A stretch of 64,000 bases of DNA. Origin: a virus. Each line of letters opens with the position of its first letter. The first letter of the stretch is position 1. Under the pieces are notes generated by a model that worked only from the letters and a program-made list of their open reading frames with translations, made no database searches and had not been told where the DNA came from. Position numbers and translations under genes: made by a program. The stretch lies in IMG/VR virus record IMGVR_UViG_3300024346_000010; one strand, written 5' to 3'. This document shows positions 38,670 through 48,175 of the stretch, one piece after another.

Positions 38670-39005
38670 ATGGCAATCTATGCAAATCTTACAGTAGACC
38701 AAGGGTCTGAATTCGAAGCGTCTGTAGATGTTATAGATGGCGATGGTAATGCCGTTGACCTGTCGACATTCACATACCACGGACAGATAAGAAAAACCTA
38801 TAACTCCCTTACTGCAGTAGATTTTACTGTAGAATTGGATGTATCACAGCTATATACTTTAAATATTTCTTTATCCGCAGCACAATCGAATGCGATGAAA
38901 GCTGGAAGATATGTTTACGATGTAGAAGTTGTCAGCCCATCCGGAACAGTTACTAGAGTTATTGAAGGCCAAGTTGAATTAACCCCAAGCGTGACTAGAA
39001 TCTGA
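38670..39005 (+). CDS. virion structural protein (Ig-like adaptor common in T4-like phages)
   Basis: MAIYANLTVDQGS, GRYVYDVE, RVIEG..P.VT. Confidence 0.75.
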   Translation: MAIYANLTVDQGSEFEASVDVIDGDGNAVDLSTFTYHGQIRKTYNSLTAVDFTVELDVSQLYTLNISLSAAQSNAMKAGRYVYDVEVVSPSGTVTRVIEGQVELTPSVTRI

Positions 39006-39006
39006 T

Positions 39007-39552
39007 ATGGCAAAGTTAACAGGCTCTCTTAGAACTAAAACATCTATACAGGCGAAGTCTGTTACTCTTGGTACAATTTCTGCCAATGACCTAAAGAATG
39101 CTGATCAGGCTTTCTCTATAAATCTGTCGGCTGATCAGGGAACAGATTTACTTAAACTTCTTACTAATAATAACTTATCTATTCTTGGTGCTGATGGTAT
39201 TAGCACAAGTATAGATGCTGATAATAACGCTTTAACAATAACTCTAGTTCCTGCCAGTACTACTGAGCTCGGGGGCGCACAATTCGATGCTACGTATTTT
39301 ATAGTAGATAGTGACGGGATAGTATCAATAAAACCCGGTGGTATTCAAGCTGGTTTGCAGGATAATGCAGAAGCTATATCTCCGGCTAATGGTGGTACAG
39401 GAATAGTATCATATACTAAGGGCGATATGATCTTTGCTTCGGACTCAGACGAAGTGATTGTATTACCTATAGGCACTGCAGGTCAATCTTTAATGGTATC
39501 AGAAGACGGTATACCTTACTGGTCAAATGTTTATGACGGCGGCGAATTCTAA
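39007..39552 (+). CDS. fibre-like structural protein
   Basis: NGGTG..SYTKGD, LPIGTAGQSL, ends YDGGEF (DGGxF fibre C-terminal motif). Confidence 0.65.
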   Translation: MAKLTGSLRTKTSIQAKSVTLGTISANDLKNADQAFSINLSADQGTDLLKLLTNNNLSILGADGISTSIDADNNALTITLVPASTTELGGAQFDATYFIVDSDGIVSIKPGGIQAGLQDNAEAISPANGGTGIVSYTKGDMIFASDSDEVIVLPIGTAGQSLMVSEDGIPYWSNVYDGGEF

Positions 39553-39640
39553 ATACGCCACTTTATATTAGATATATAATCTATATTCTATATAGAATAT
39601 AGTTTTGCAAATAATGAAGTATATACTTTAGGACTAAATC

Positions 39641-40129
39641 ATGTCAGAATTAATTATTAAACTAAAACGTAGTAACGTTCCAGGGAAAATTCCCGACCCA
39701 GAAGTACTAGAAGTCGGGGAAGTAGCGCTTAATATGGCCGACTCCCTACTATATTTCAAGAGGCCAAGCGGGGAAGTTAAACCTTTAACTGCATCCAACG
39801 TTATACAACTAAACAACCAGACCGAATATGCACCTACGGATGACTATCATCCGGCTACTAAAGCCTATGTGGACTTAAAAGTTCTACAAAGTTTAATTAC
39901 TACAAAGACTATTGAAAGAACGGCAATACTTAATAATGAGATTACTCTACCTAGTTCTGCGGTGGGTGATATAATTTTTAATATGGCTCAGATTTATGAT
40001 AGCATTCATACGAATGTTTTTTACGAAGTCACATGTACATTGTCTGAGGATAAAACTAAGGTTTTGTTTGACGCGGAAGATAACTTAGATTATAATTATT
40101 GTGTACTATCTTATATCACTTTAGCTTAG
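39641..40129 (+). CDS. fibre-associated protein with Mtd/hyaluronidase-like N-terminal motif
   Basis: IKLKRSNVPGKIP..LEVGEVALNMADSLLYFK; HPATKAYVD. Confidence 0.65.
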   Translation: MSELIIKLKRSNVPGKIPDPEVLEVGEVALNMADSLLYFKRPSGEVKPLTASNVIQLNNQTEYAPTDDYHPATKAYVDLKVLQSLITTKTIERTAILNNEITLPSSAVGDIIFNMAQIYDSIHTNVFYEVTCTLSEDKTKVLFDAEDNLDYNYCVLSYITLA

Positions 40130-40142
40130 GTGGTATGATCTT

Positions 40143-40358
40143 ATGATTCTTTTAAGGGATCACTACTTTATTGCATGGCTAAAAGTGGTGAAGAAATATA
40201 ATATAATTAAAAAGAAAGACAAAATTTTTATTGACATAAATAAGACTGAATATGATGAAGCTTTGAATGAATATAATAATAATATGAAGCCTATCATGAA
40301 AGAAATACGTTGTCTGGTTAAGGAATTAGCCATCAATTCCTCTAACTTGAGCAAATAG
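40143..40358 (+). CDS. small basic hypothetical protein
   Basis: 71-aa AT-rich ORF with RBS AGGTGG. Confidence 0.5.
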   Translation: MILLRDHYFIAWLKVVKKYNIIKKKDKIFIDINKTEYDEALNEYNNNMKPIMKEIRCLVKELAINSSNLSK

Positions 40359-40396
40359 CTCTTGCAGTTAATACAATATTCTTAGGAGAAGAATAA

Positions 40397-41785
40397 ATGG
40401 CCGTTTTACAAAGACATAAGAATACCATCTACGGACTGGTAACAGACCTAGCCCAAATCACTACAAGTGTTACTAATGAAGCAACTGCTCGCGCAGCTGC
40501 TGACGTCGTATTACAGGGTAACATCGATGCAGAAGCCACCCGCGCAACTGCTGCAGAAGGTGTAAATGCTACTGCAATCACCAATGAAGCAACAGCTCGT
40601 GCGGCTGCCGATACTACACTTCAGTCAAACATCACTGCAGAAGCCACCCGCGCGACTGCGGCAGAAGGCGTAAATGCTGCTGCAATTACCGCTGAAGCTT
40701 CTACCGCACGTGCCGCTGAAGCTGCAAATGCCTCTGCAATTACTGCCGAGACTACTCGTGCAACTGCTGCTGAAGGTGTCAATGCAACAGCAATCTCAAC
40801 AGAAACAGCTGCTCGTATTGCTGGTGATACCGCTGCTCAGTCATATGCTGACGGCATTCTTGCTGCCTTCGAAGCAGGTGACTTCCAGACACTTGAAGAC
40901 TTAGTTGCAGTAATCAACTCTGATTCATCTACAGTTGGTTCGTTCCGTAAAGAGATCGCAGACATCATCGATTCTGCACCAGAAGCTCTTAACACACTCA
41001 ACGAAATTGCTACTTACATCAACGTAAATGGCACTGGCGATGACGTTCTTACAGCTATCACTAACAGCGTAACTGCAGCTAAAGCAGAAATTCGCGGTGA
41101 AGTTACTGCTGCATACGATACGCTTGCTGAAGTTGAAGATGCACTTGATATCATTAACGGTTCTGGTGTAGGTTCTATTGCTAAAGTTGCAGCTGACTTC
41201 GCAGCAGCTGATACAACACTGCAGTCCAACATTACTGCAGAAGCAACAGCTCGTGCTGCCGCAGACGTTACATTGCAGTCCAACATCGGTGCAGAAGCAA
41301 CTACTCGTGCTGCCGGCGACGTTACATTGCAGGGCAATATCGATGCAGAAGCAACAGCGCGTGCTGCTGCAGATACTACACTTCAGTCTAACATTACTGC
41401 AGAAGCTACAGCTCGTACGAATGCTGATGAAACACTCACAACTGGCTTAGGTAACCTTTCCGGTGTTACTGATGCTGGTACTGCTCGTACAAACCTTGCT
41501 GTTTACAGTAAAACAGAAATGGATGCGGCGCTGCTCCTTGCCGGTGCAAGATTCATCACTGAGATCCTTACGGTCACAGCCGATGCAATCACGTTGACAC
41601 ATGCTCCTAAAGATGGTGTATTGTTCAACTTCGGTACAGTACGTCACACAGATGCTAACTTTGTATCTTACGACATTCCTGCAACAGTTGGTGGATCTGC
41701 CACTGTATACAACCTTGCCCCGAACGCTTCTGGCGACTTCGACGGTAAAGCAGTTGTTGTACAGTACGCATACACACCTGCATAA
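40397..41785 (+). CDS. Ala/Thr-rich coiled-coil fibre protein
   Basis: 18-aa repeats EATARAAADxxLQxNIxA/EATRATAAEGVNAxAIT; SAPEALNTLNEIA motif; C-terminal beta domain. Confidence 0.75.
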   Translation: MAVLQRHKNTIYGLVTDLAQITTSVTNEATARAAADVVLQGNIDAEATRATAAEGVNATAITNEATARAAADTTLQSNITAEATRATAAEGVNAAAITAEASTARAAEAANASAITAETTRATAAEGVNATAISTETAARIAGDTAAQSYADGILAAFEAGDFQTLEDLVAVINSDSSTVGSFRKEIADIIDSAPEALNTLNEIATYINVNGTGDDVLTAITNSVTAAKAEIRGEVTAAYDTLAEVEDALDIINGSGVGSIAKVAADFAAADTTLQSNITAEATARAAADVTLQSNIGAEATTRAAGDVTLQGNIDAEATARAAADTTLQSNITAEATARTNADETLTTGLGNLSGVTDAGTARTNLAVYSKTEMDAALLLAGARFITEILTVTADAITLTHAPKDGVLFNFGTVRHTDANFVSYDIPATVGGSATVYNLAPNASGDFDGKAVVVQYAYTPA

Positions 41786-41793
41786 TTGAAGCA

Positions 41794-41821
41794 TTATCAG
41801 GGGGCTTAGGTCCCCTGATAA
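41794..41821 (+). terminator. stem-loop after fibre gene (terminator or processing/stability hairpin)
   Basis: TTATCAGGGG-GCTTAGGT-CCCCTGATAA; no U-tract. Confidence 0.55.
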
Positions 41822-41861
41822 CTCATTGATGAATACCGATGAGGTTAAATAGGATTATAAA

Positions 41862-42176
41862 ATGGCTATAGTAAAAAGACAGGCAGATGTTCAATTAACA
41901 CAGTTGACAACAGGCGCGCCTGTGGAGTATGATACGTTTGCAGAAGTAGCTACAGCACTTTCAAATATTGTGTCAAAACTCGATCTGATTACTGTTACGT
42001 CCGATATAAACCTTGATAATATTAACCTTGATAATCTTACGGAGGCACTTAGCGCAGGTACTGTAGAAGATTTTGAAATAGCTTTGGTTACAGCAGCTTC
42101 TGAATTACCTGATGGGACATTCTCGCTAACCAATATTGGCGACATCGATGATTTTGAAATGTCTTTAATTAACTAA
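41862..42176 (+). CDS. small fibre-associated protein
   Basis: APVEYDTFAEVA motif; acidic; RBS AGGA. Confidence 0.6.
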   Translation: MAIVKRQADVQLTQLTTGAPVEYDTFAEVATALSNIVSKLDLITVTSDINLDNINLDNLTEALSAGTVEDFEIALVTAASELPDGTFSLTNIGDIDDFEMSLIN

Positions 42177-42187
42177 GGAAAGAAAAA

Positions 42188-42712
42188 ATGGCAGTTATTT
42201 TATACAAAGGCCCAAACAAGACTGTTGCTACCATAGCAGCTAGAAATGCAATTGCAGTTAAACATGACAGTATGGTTGTTACCGTACTTGATGCAATAGC
42301 AGATCCTGCCGCCGGTGCTGGGATTGCAACGTTTCGTTGGGTAGAATCCACATCGGCATGGATTTTAGTTTCAAAGTCTGGTGTCGAAAGTATTAACTTT
42401 GAAACAGAAGAGTTACTAATCTCTAACGGATCGGTAACACCTTCAAACGTTGCTATAAGCGGCAATTACTGGAATATAGTAGTTGTTAATGGCGATGTTA
42501 TTCAGGCAGAACTCAAACTAGAAAATCTCACATCAAATCTAAATAGCATTTCGGGACTAGATGATTACAATGGTTTATCTTTAAGAGTAACGTATGCTTA
42601 CGGTACAGTAGGTCAACAGGTAACTGACTATGTTGATTTTAAAGCAGCGGAAATCCAAGCAAACCTTGACGGCTTTTCAGGTACCGTCGCAGAATTTGAG
42701 GCAGAACTATAA
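42188..42712 (+). CDS. fibre-associated structural protein
   Basis: VATIAARNAI..MVVTVLDA motif; beta domain ending RVTYAY. Confidence 0.6.
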   Translation: MAVILYKGPNKTVATIAARNAIAVKHDSMVVTVLDAIADPAAGAGIATFRWVESTSAWILVSKSGVESINFETEELLISNGSVTPSNVAISGNYWNIVVVNGDVIQAELKLENLTSNLNSISGLDDYNGLSLRVTYAYGTVGQQVTDYVDFKAAEIQANLDGFSGTVAEFEAEL

Positions 42713-43650
42713 TGGTAAATTTAGCACAACGAATTGGTCAAGAATTTAAAAGTGTTCGTGATAACGAAATCACAAATCTCCAGGCAGCAGATGTTACCCT
42801 TCAAGGTAATATTGATACCGAAGCTTCTACAAGAGCAACTGCAGACTCCACACTACAGGCCAACATTGTTGCAGCAGAAGCAGCAGCAATTGCAACAGCA
42901 GCAGCAGATGCAACTTCAAAAGCAAATGCAGCCGAAGCAGCAGCTACAGCAGCAGCAGCAACAGACGCAACTTCAAAAGCAAATGCAGCAGTAGCAGCGG
43001 CAAACAGCAACACAGGGGATCGCGAATCAGCTATCACCACAGCATACCAGACTTACGCAGACGCGGCAGAAGCAGCTGCGAATACGTATGCAGACGGTGC
43101 CGTTGCGACTGAAGCTAGCGCTCGCGCTGCTGCAGATACCGCATTGCAGAACAGCATAGATGCTGAAAATGCAAGAATTGATGCTATCCTCAATGCCTCT
43201 ACTGCTGATAAAGACACCTTTGCAGAAATCGTTTCATTCATCAATGCAGTTGATACAACAAATGATACAGCTCTAGGTACTGAAATTACTACAAGAGCAG
43301 CTGCAGATACTACTCTTCAAGGTAATATTGATGCTGAAGCTAGTGCAAGAGCATCCGCTGATACTACGCTGCAAAATAACATCAACACTGAAGCTAGTGC
43401 AAGAGCATCCGCTGATACTACGCTGCAAAATAATATCAACGCGAAGCTCGCAGCATCTCACGATATGACTTTGACTTTGTCTGGTGATGTTTCTGGATCT
43501 GCAACATTTACTAATATGGCTGATGCCACTCTTAGTGTTGCACTAGGCGCAAATACTGTAACGTCAAGTGAACTATCTGGTGCTACTTCTCTTGTAATTT
43601 ATAACTCTGCTGGTACTGCATTAAAAACTCTGTTCGGCGCAGGATCATAA
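42712..43650 (+). CDS. Ala-rich coiled-coil fibre protein
   Basis: AAADATSKANAA and 18-aa repeats; LTLSGDVSGSATF; C-terminus LKTLFGAGS. Confidence 0.75.
   Translation: MVNLAQRIGQEFKSVRDNEITNLQAADVTLQGNIDTEASTRATADSTLQANIVAAEAAAIATAAADATSKANAAEAAATAAAATDATSKANAAVAAANSNTGDRESAITTAYQTYADAAEAAANTYADGAVATEASARAAADTALQNSIDAENARIDAILNASTADKDTFAEIVSFINAVDTTNDTALGTEITTRAAADTTLQGNIDAEASARASADTTLQNNINTEASARASADTTLQNNINAKLAASHDMTLTLSGDVSGSATFTNMADATLSVALGANTVTSSELSGATSLVIYNSAGTALKTLFGAGS
43334..43433 (+). repeat. intragenic near-exact tandem repeat, 54-bp period
   Basis: ctgaagctagtgcaagagcatccgctgatactacgctgcaaaataa at 43334 and 43388. Confidence 0.85.
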
Positions 43651-43673
43651 ATAAAAGAAAATAGGAATTTAAC

Positions 43674-44429
43674 ATGGCAAACCCAACTACCAGACAAGGA
43701 CTTATTGATTATTGTTTAAGACGACTAGGTGAGCCTGTTATAGAAATCAACGTCGACCCTGACCAATTAGAGGATAGGGTCGACGAAGCAATTCAATATT
43801 GGCAAGAGTTTCACGCCGACGCGACATATAGAACATATGTTGCACACCTCGTAGGTGACAGCGATGTATCAAGAGAATACATTGAAACAACCGACGATGT
43901 TCTATTTGTATCAAAATTATTCCGAATTTCTTCTTCATTTAACAATTCAATGAATTTCTTTGATATTAAATATCAAATGATGCTAAACGATATCGCTGAT
44001 ATGCAAAACTTCGCCGGTGATCTTGCATATTACGACCAATTAAATCAATATCTTTCTATGCTTGATATGAAATTAAACGGTGAGCCACAGACTACATATT
44101 CGCGTAGTATGAATCGCCTCTATATTCACGGAGATTTTTCCGATAAAGACATTCAAGCCGGCTCATATATAATTTATGAAGCATATAAAACTGTAGATCC
44201 AGGAACATTTGGTAAAGTTTATAACGACATGTGGCTTAAAGAATATACCACAGAGCTTATTAAACAACAATGGGGATCTAATCTGAGTAAATTTGAAGGC
44301 ATGCAAATGCCTGGAGGTGTCACTCTTAATGGTAGACAATTGTATGATGATGCCACTGCCCAAATAGAAAGACTCAGGGAAAAGATTCGCACTGACTTTG
44401 AAATGCCGACGGATTTCTTTGTAGGATAA
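43674..44429 (+). CDS. gp13: neck protein gp13
   Basis: LIDYCLRRLGEPVIEINVD, KQQWGSNLSKF..MPGGVTLNG; CATAAATA late promoter at 43646. Confidence 0.95.
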   Translation: MANPTTRQGLIDYCLRRLGEPVIEINVDPDQLEDRVDEAIQYWQEFHADATYRTYVAHLVGDSDVSREYIETTDDVLFVSKLFRISSSFNNSMNFFDIKYQMMLNDIADMQNFAGDLAYYDQLNQYLSMLDMKLNGEPQTTYSRSMNRLYIHGDFSDKDIQAGSYIIYEAYKTVDPGTFGKVYNDMWLKEYTTELIKQQWGSNLSKFEGMQMPGGVTLNGRQLYDDATAQIERLREKIRTDFEMPTDFFVG

Positions 44430-44433
44430 TATA

Positions 44434-45315
44434 ATGGCAACTAGTGTATATTTCAGTCAAAGAGTCAAATCCGAACAAAATTTATATGAAGATATAATTA
44501 TTGAATCTTTAAAAATTTACGGCCAAGACGTATATTACCTTCCCAGAACTATCGTCAATGAAGATAAAATTCTCGGTGAAGATGTTCCATCAAAATTTAG
44601 TGCGGCATACCAAATTGAAATGTATGTTGAAAACATTGAAGGCTTTGATGGTGAAGGTGATATTTTTGCCAAGTTCGGCGTTGAAATACGAGATACTGCT
44701 ACATTCGTTGTATCACGAAGACGGTGGGAAAGTACTGTAGCTCGAATTGACAATATCTTAGAAACATCTAGACCAAACGAGGGAGATATCATTTATCTTC
44801 CTCTATCAAATTCAATGTTTCAAATTATGGCAGTCGAGCATGAATCCCCATTTTACCAGTTAAGCAACCTACCTACATATAAGCTACGTTGTGAACTCTT
44901 CGAGTATTCTGGCGAAGATTTTGACACAGCCGTTGCGGCGATTGACGATATTGAGCGTAGGTATGCTTACAAGTATCTTACTACCCTTGATAGTGCATCT
45001 GCAGGTTGGATTGTAGGAGAAACTGTTAATCAAACTCTATCAACCGGTACGGTTATATCAGGAGAAGTTGCTGGATTCTCTGCTTCAGACAATGTCTTAC
45101 AACTTATTCATGTCGGTGCAGATGATGGCAATTATCATAGCTTTATAATAGGTGAGCAGATTACCAGTACTAGGGGATCTACTGCGTTGGTTACTGCAGT
45201 AGCTGAGGATAACCAGTTATCCGAAACTGAAGATAATGACTTTTTTGATACCACTGAAACAGATCTTGAATTCTTAGATTTCAGTGAAACTAATCCGTTT
45301 GGAGATCCACAGTAA
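44434..45315 (+). CDS. gp14: neck protein gp14
   Basis: EQNLYEDIIIESLKIYGQDVYYLPR, PNEGDIIY, FYQL, DFSETNPFG. Confidence 0.95.
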   Translation: MATSVYFSQRVKSEQNLYEDIIIESLKIYGQDVYYLPRTIVNEDKILGEDVPSKFSAAYQIEMYVENIEGFDGEGDIFAKFGVEIRDTATFVVSRRRWESTVARIDNILETSRPNEGDIIYLPLSNSMFQIMAVEHESPFYQLSNLPTYKLRCELFEYSGEDFDTAVAAIDDIERRYAYKYLTTLDSASAGWIVGETVNQTLSTGTVISGEVAGFSASDNVLQLIHVGADDGNYHSFIIGEQITSTRGSTALVTAVAEDNQLSETEDNDFFDTTETDLEFLDFSETNPFGDPQ

Positions 45316-46112
45316 TGTTAGGTAATCATTTTTATCACGAACGCATTAGAAAAAGCGTTGCCATGTTTGGCTCTCTTTTTAATAACATTTACGTTGTTCG
45401 TACAGATTCTTCAAATAAGGTTATAAGCCAGGCAAGAGTTCCTTTGTCATATGCTCCTGCTACAAGCTTTTTAGACAGAATAAGAGAAAATCCTGACTTA
45501 GAACAAGATACTAAAGTTGCCATTAAACTTCCTCGTATGTCATTTGAGATTATTTCATATCAGTATGATTCACAGAGGCAGCTTCAAAAAACAAATAATA
45601 TTAACCGAACTTCTGGTGACTCTACTACGCGCAATAAGTTTTATGCGTCTACTCCTTATATAATTGGATTTCAGCTTAACGTCTATACTAAAACCCAAGA
45701 TGATGCTTTACAAATCATTGAACAAATTCTGCCATACTTTGGTCCTCAGTATACGTTAACTATTAAACCATTCGCAGATTTTAGTGATATTAAAGAAGAT
45801 GTTCCTATCACGCTTAACGGTATTTCTTATACTGATGCCTACGAAGGTGCTTTAGATAGTAGACGTATTATTCAGTATACATTAGACTTCCAAATGAATG
45901 CGAACTTCTATGGAGCAGTTCAAGAAGCAAGTATTATTAGGAAACCTATTGTTGATATATATTCTGGTAGAACTGAAATAGATTCCGATGGTGCATTTGA
46001 TCTTTATAGCCCATCAGTAAGAATTGAAGTAAATCCAAACCCTCTTAATGCAAGTCCAGATAGCGACTACGGGTTTACTACTACAATTTATAGTTATGAG
46101 GATAGTGCATAA
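45315..46112 (+). CDS. gp15: tail sheath stabilizer/terminator gp15
   Basis: FGSLFNNI, VPLSYAP, LPRMSFE, QIIEQILPYF. Confidence 0.95.
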   Translation: MLGNHFYHERIRKSVAMFGSLFNNIYVVRTDSSNKVISQARVPLSYAPATSFLDRIRENPDLEQDTKVAIKLPRMSFEIISYQYDSQRQLQKTNNINRTSGDSTTRNKFYASTPYIIGFQLNVYTKTQDDALQIIEQILPYFGPQYTLTIKPFADFSDIKEDVPITLNGISYTDAYEGALDSRRIIQYTLDFQMNANFYGAVQEASIIRKPIVDIYSGRTEIDSDGAFDLYSPSVRIEVNPNPLNASPDSDYGFTTTIYSYEDSA

Positions 46113-46492
46113 TGGATGAAGAAAAAAACAAACATTATCAAAACGATTATGAATATTCCAGAACCGTTTTATACGATTTAATTTCAAAGGGTACTGATGC
46201 TCTTGAAAATATGATTGAAGTGGCTAGAGAAAGCGAGCATCCTAGAGCTTACGAGGTTCTTGCCACATTAATTAAAAATACGGCTGACGTTAATGATAAA
46301 TTAGTCGACCTAAATAAAAAGCACAAAGATATCAACTCAAAATCAGCTCCTACACCTATTGAAGGTGGATCAACGACTAATAATGTTTTTATCGGCTCAA
46401 CAACAGATCTACAACGTATGCTTCAAGATGTGCATGCTAAACAGGTGGAGAGTAACGTGGTGGATATTACACCACATTTAAAAGATGAATAA
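46112..46492 (+). CDS. gp16: terminase small subunit gp16
   Basis: DYEYSR, ARESEHPRAYEV, NNVFIGSTTDLQ. Confidence 0.93.
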   Translation: MDEEKNKHYQNDYEYSRTVLYDLISKGTDALENMIEVARESEHPRAYEVLATLIKNTADVNDKLVDLNKKHKDINSKSAPTPIEGGSTTNNVFIGSTTDLQRMLQDVHAKQVESNVVDITPHLKDE

Positions 46493-48092
46493 TATTGTAA
46501 ATGGCAATGAGGGCTACTTAGGTAATCCGAATGTGAAACGTGACGGAATTGTTCAAGGTTGGACTCAAGAAAATATTCTTGAATACCAAAAGTGCATGAA
46601 CGATCCCGCATATTTTGCTATAACATATTGTAAGGTTATTTCACTTGATAAAGGTCTAGTTCCTTTTAAGCTTTATCCGTATCAAGAAGAAATGTTCGAC
46701 CACTTTAACGAGAATCGATTTTCTATCGTTCTTGCTTGCCGGCAATCAGGTAAATCTATTTCATCGGTAGCGTATCTCCTTTGGTACGCAGTATTCCATT
46801 CTGAAAAGAATATTGCTATTCTAGCAAATAAAGGTGCTACTGCTAGAGAGATGCTAGCCCGCGTTACATTGATGTTGGAAAACCTACCGTTCTTTCTACA
46901 ACCAGGGACTAAAGCGCTAAACAAAGGTTCTATTGAGTTTAGTAACAACTCTAAGATTCTTGCTGCAGCAACATCTGGTTCATCTATTCGTGGTTTGTCT
47001 ATTAACCTTCTATTCCTTGACGAATTTGCTTTTGTTGAAAATGCAACACAATTCTATACGTCGACATATCCGGTTGTTTCATCAGGTAAAGATACAAAGG
47101 TTATTATTACTTCAACGGCTAATGGTATTGGTAACCAATTCTATAGTATTTGGCAAGGTGCTTTACAAAGCACAAATGCATATAAACCATTTCGCGTCGA
47201 TTGGTGGGATGTTCCAGGCCGTGATGAAGCTTGGAAAATAGAAACAATTGGCAATACATCACAATTGCAGTTTGACCAAGAATTTGGTAATGCGTTTTTT
47301 GGACGAGGTGATACTCTAATCAACGCCGAAACCCTTATGAGGTTAAAGGCTGTAGAACCTATTCGAATTCTTGAAGCCGGTGATATGCTTGTTTATGAGG
47401 AAACAAAGGATGATCACCAATATATTATTTTAGTTGATGTTGCGAAGGGAAGAGGACAGGACTATTCTACTTTTAATGTGATCGACATAACTGAGCATCC
47501 ATTTAAGCAAGTTGCAGTTTATCGATGTAATACTATCTCGCCTATTCTCTTCCCCGATATTATTTATAAGTATGCGATTTCCTATAATAATGCGTATGTT
47601 ATTGTTGAATCAAATGATCAGGGCACTCTAGTAACAAGAGGGTTATATCACGACTTAGAATATGAGAATATTCACGTCAGTTCCGTAAGTAAATCGGATG
47701 GTGTTGGTATTAGTATGGATCGTAAAGTGAAAAGACTTGGCTGTTCTGGTATTAAAGATATTATTGAAAATGATAAATTAGTTATTAATGATACTAATAC
47801 AATTATGGAAATTTCTACCTTTATAGCTAAAGGACAATCATATGAAGCGAGTGACGGAAACCATGATGACTTAATGATGAACTTAGTAATGTTTGGATAT
47901 TTTGCGCTATCAGAAATGTTCCAAGACATGACTGACATTAATTTAAAGCAAATGTTACATAATGAAAGAATGAGATCAATTGAGGATGACTTGGTGCCAT
48001 TTGGCTTCATTGATGATGGTAGTGACGCTATAAATACGATTGAAAGGGAAGATCATCCATGGGCAGTCGACTACGCCCATCAAGACTTCTAA
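46485..48092 (+). CDS. gp17: terminase large subunit gp17
   Basis: YLGNPNVK, CRQSGKS (Walker A), FLDEFAF (Walker B), STANG, DVAKGRGQDYS, HDDLMM. Confidence 0.98.
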   Translation: MNNIVNGNEGYLGNPNVKRDGIVQGWTQENILEYQKCMNDPAYFAITYCKVISLDKGLVPFKLYPYQEEMFDHFNENRFSIVLACRQSGKSISSVAYLLWYAVFHSEKNIAILANKGATAREMLARVTLMLENLPFFLQPGTKALNKGSIEFSNNSKILAAATSGSSIRGLSINLLFLDEFAFVENATQFYTSTYPVVSSGKDTKVIITSTANGIGNQFYSIWQGALQSTNAYKPFRVDWWDVPGRDEAWKIETIGNTSQLQFDQEFGNAFFGRGDTLINAETLMRLKAVEPIRILEAGDMLVYEETKDDHQYIILVDVAKGRGQDYSTFNVIDITEHPFKQVAVYRCNTISPILFPDIIYKYAISYNNAYVIVESNDQGTLVTRGLYHDLEYENIHVSSVSKSDGVGISMDRKVKRLGCSGIKDIIENDKLVINDTNTIMEISTFIAKGQSYEASDGNHDDLMMNLVMFGYFALSEMFQDMTDINLKQMLHNERMRSIEDDLVPFGFIDDGSDAINTIEREDHPWAVDYAHQDF

Positions 48093-48103
48093 ATAAGCTT
48101 TAG

Positions 48104-48111
48104 TATAAATA
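48104..48111 (+). promoter_or_regulatory. T4 late promoter
   Basis: TATAAATA upstream of gp18. Confidence 0.8.
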
Positions 48112-48175
48112 CACATAGTATTTGAAAATAAACGTATTATGACAAGCTTATAATTTAACTCAAAGGAAAAGAGTC

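Noticed and set aside
42734-42994. Poly-Gln ORF
   Set aside because: Alternate-frame reading of GCA (Ala) codon runs in the fibre gene
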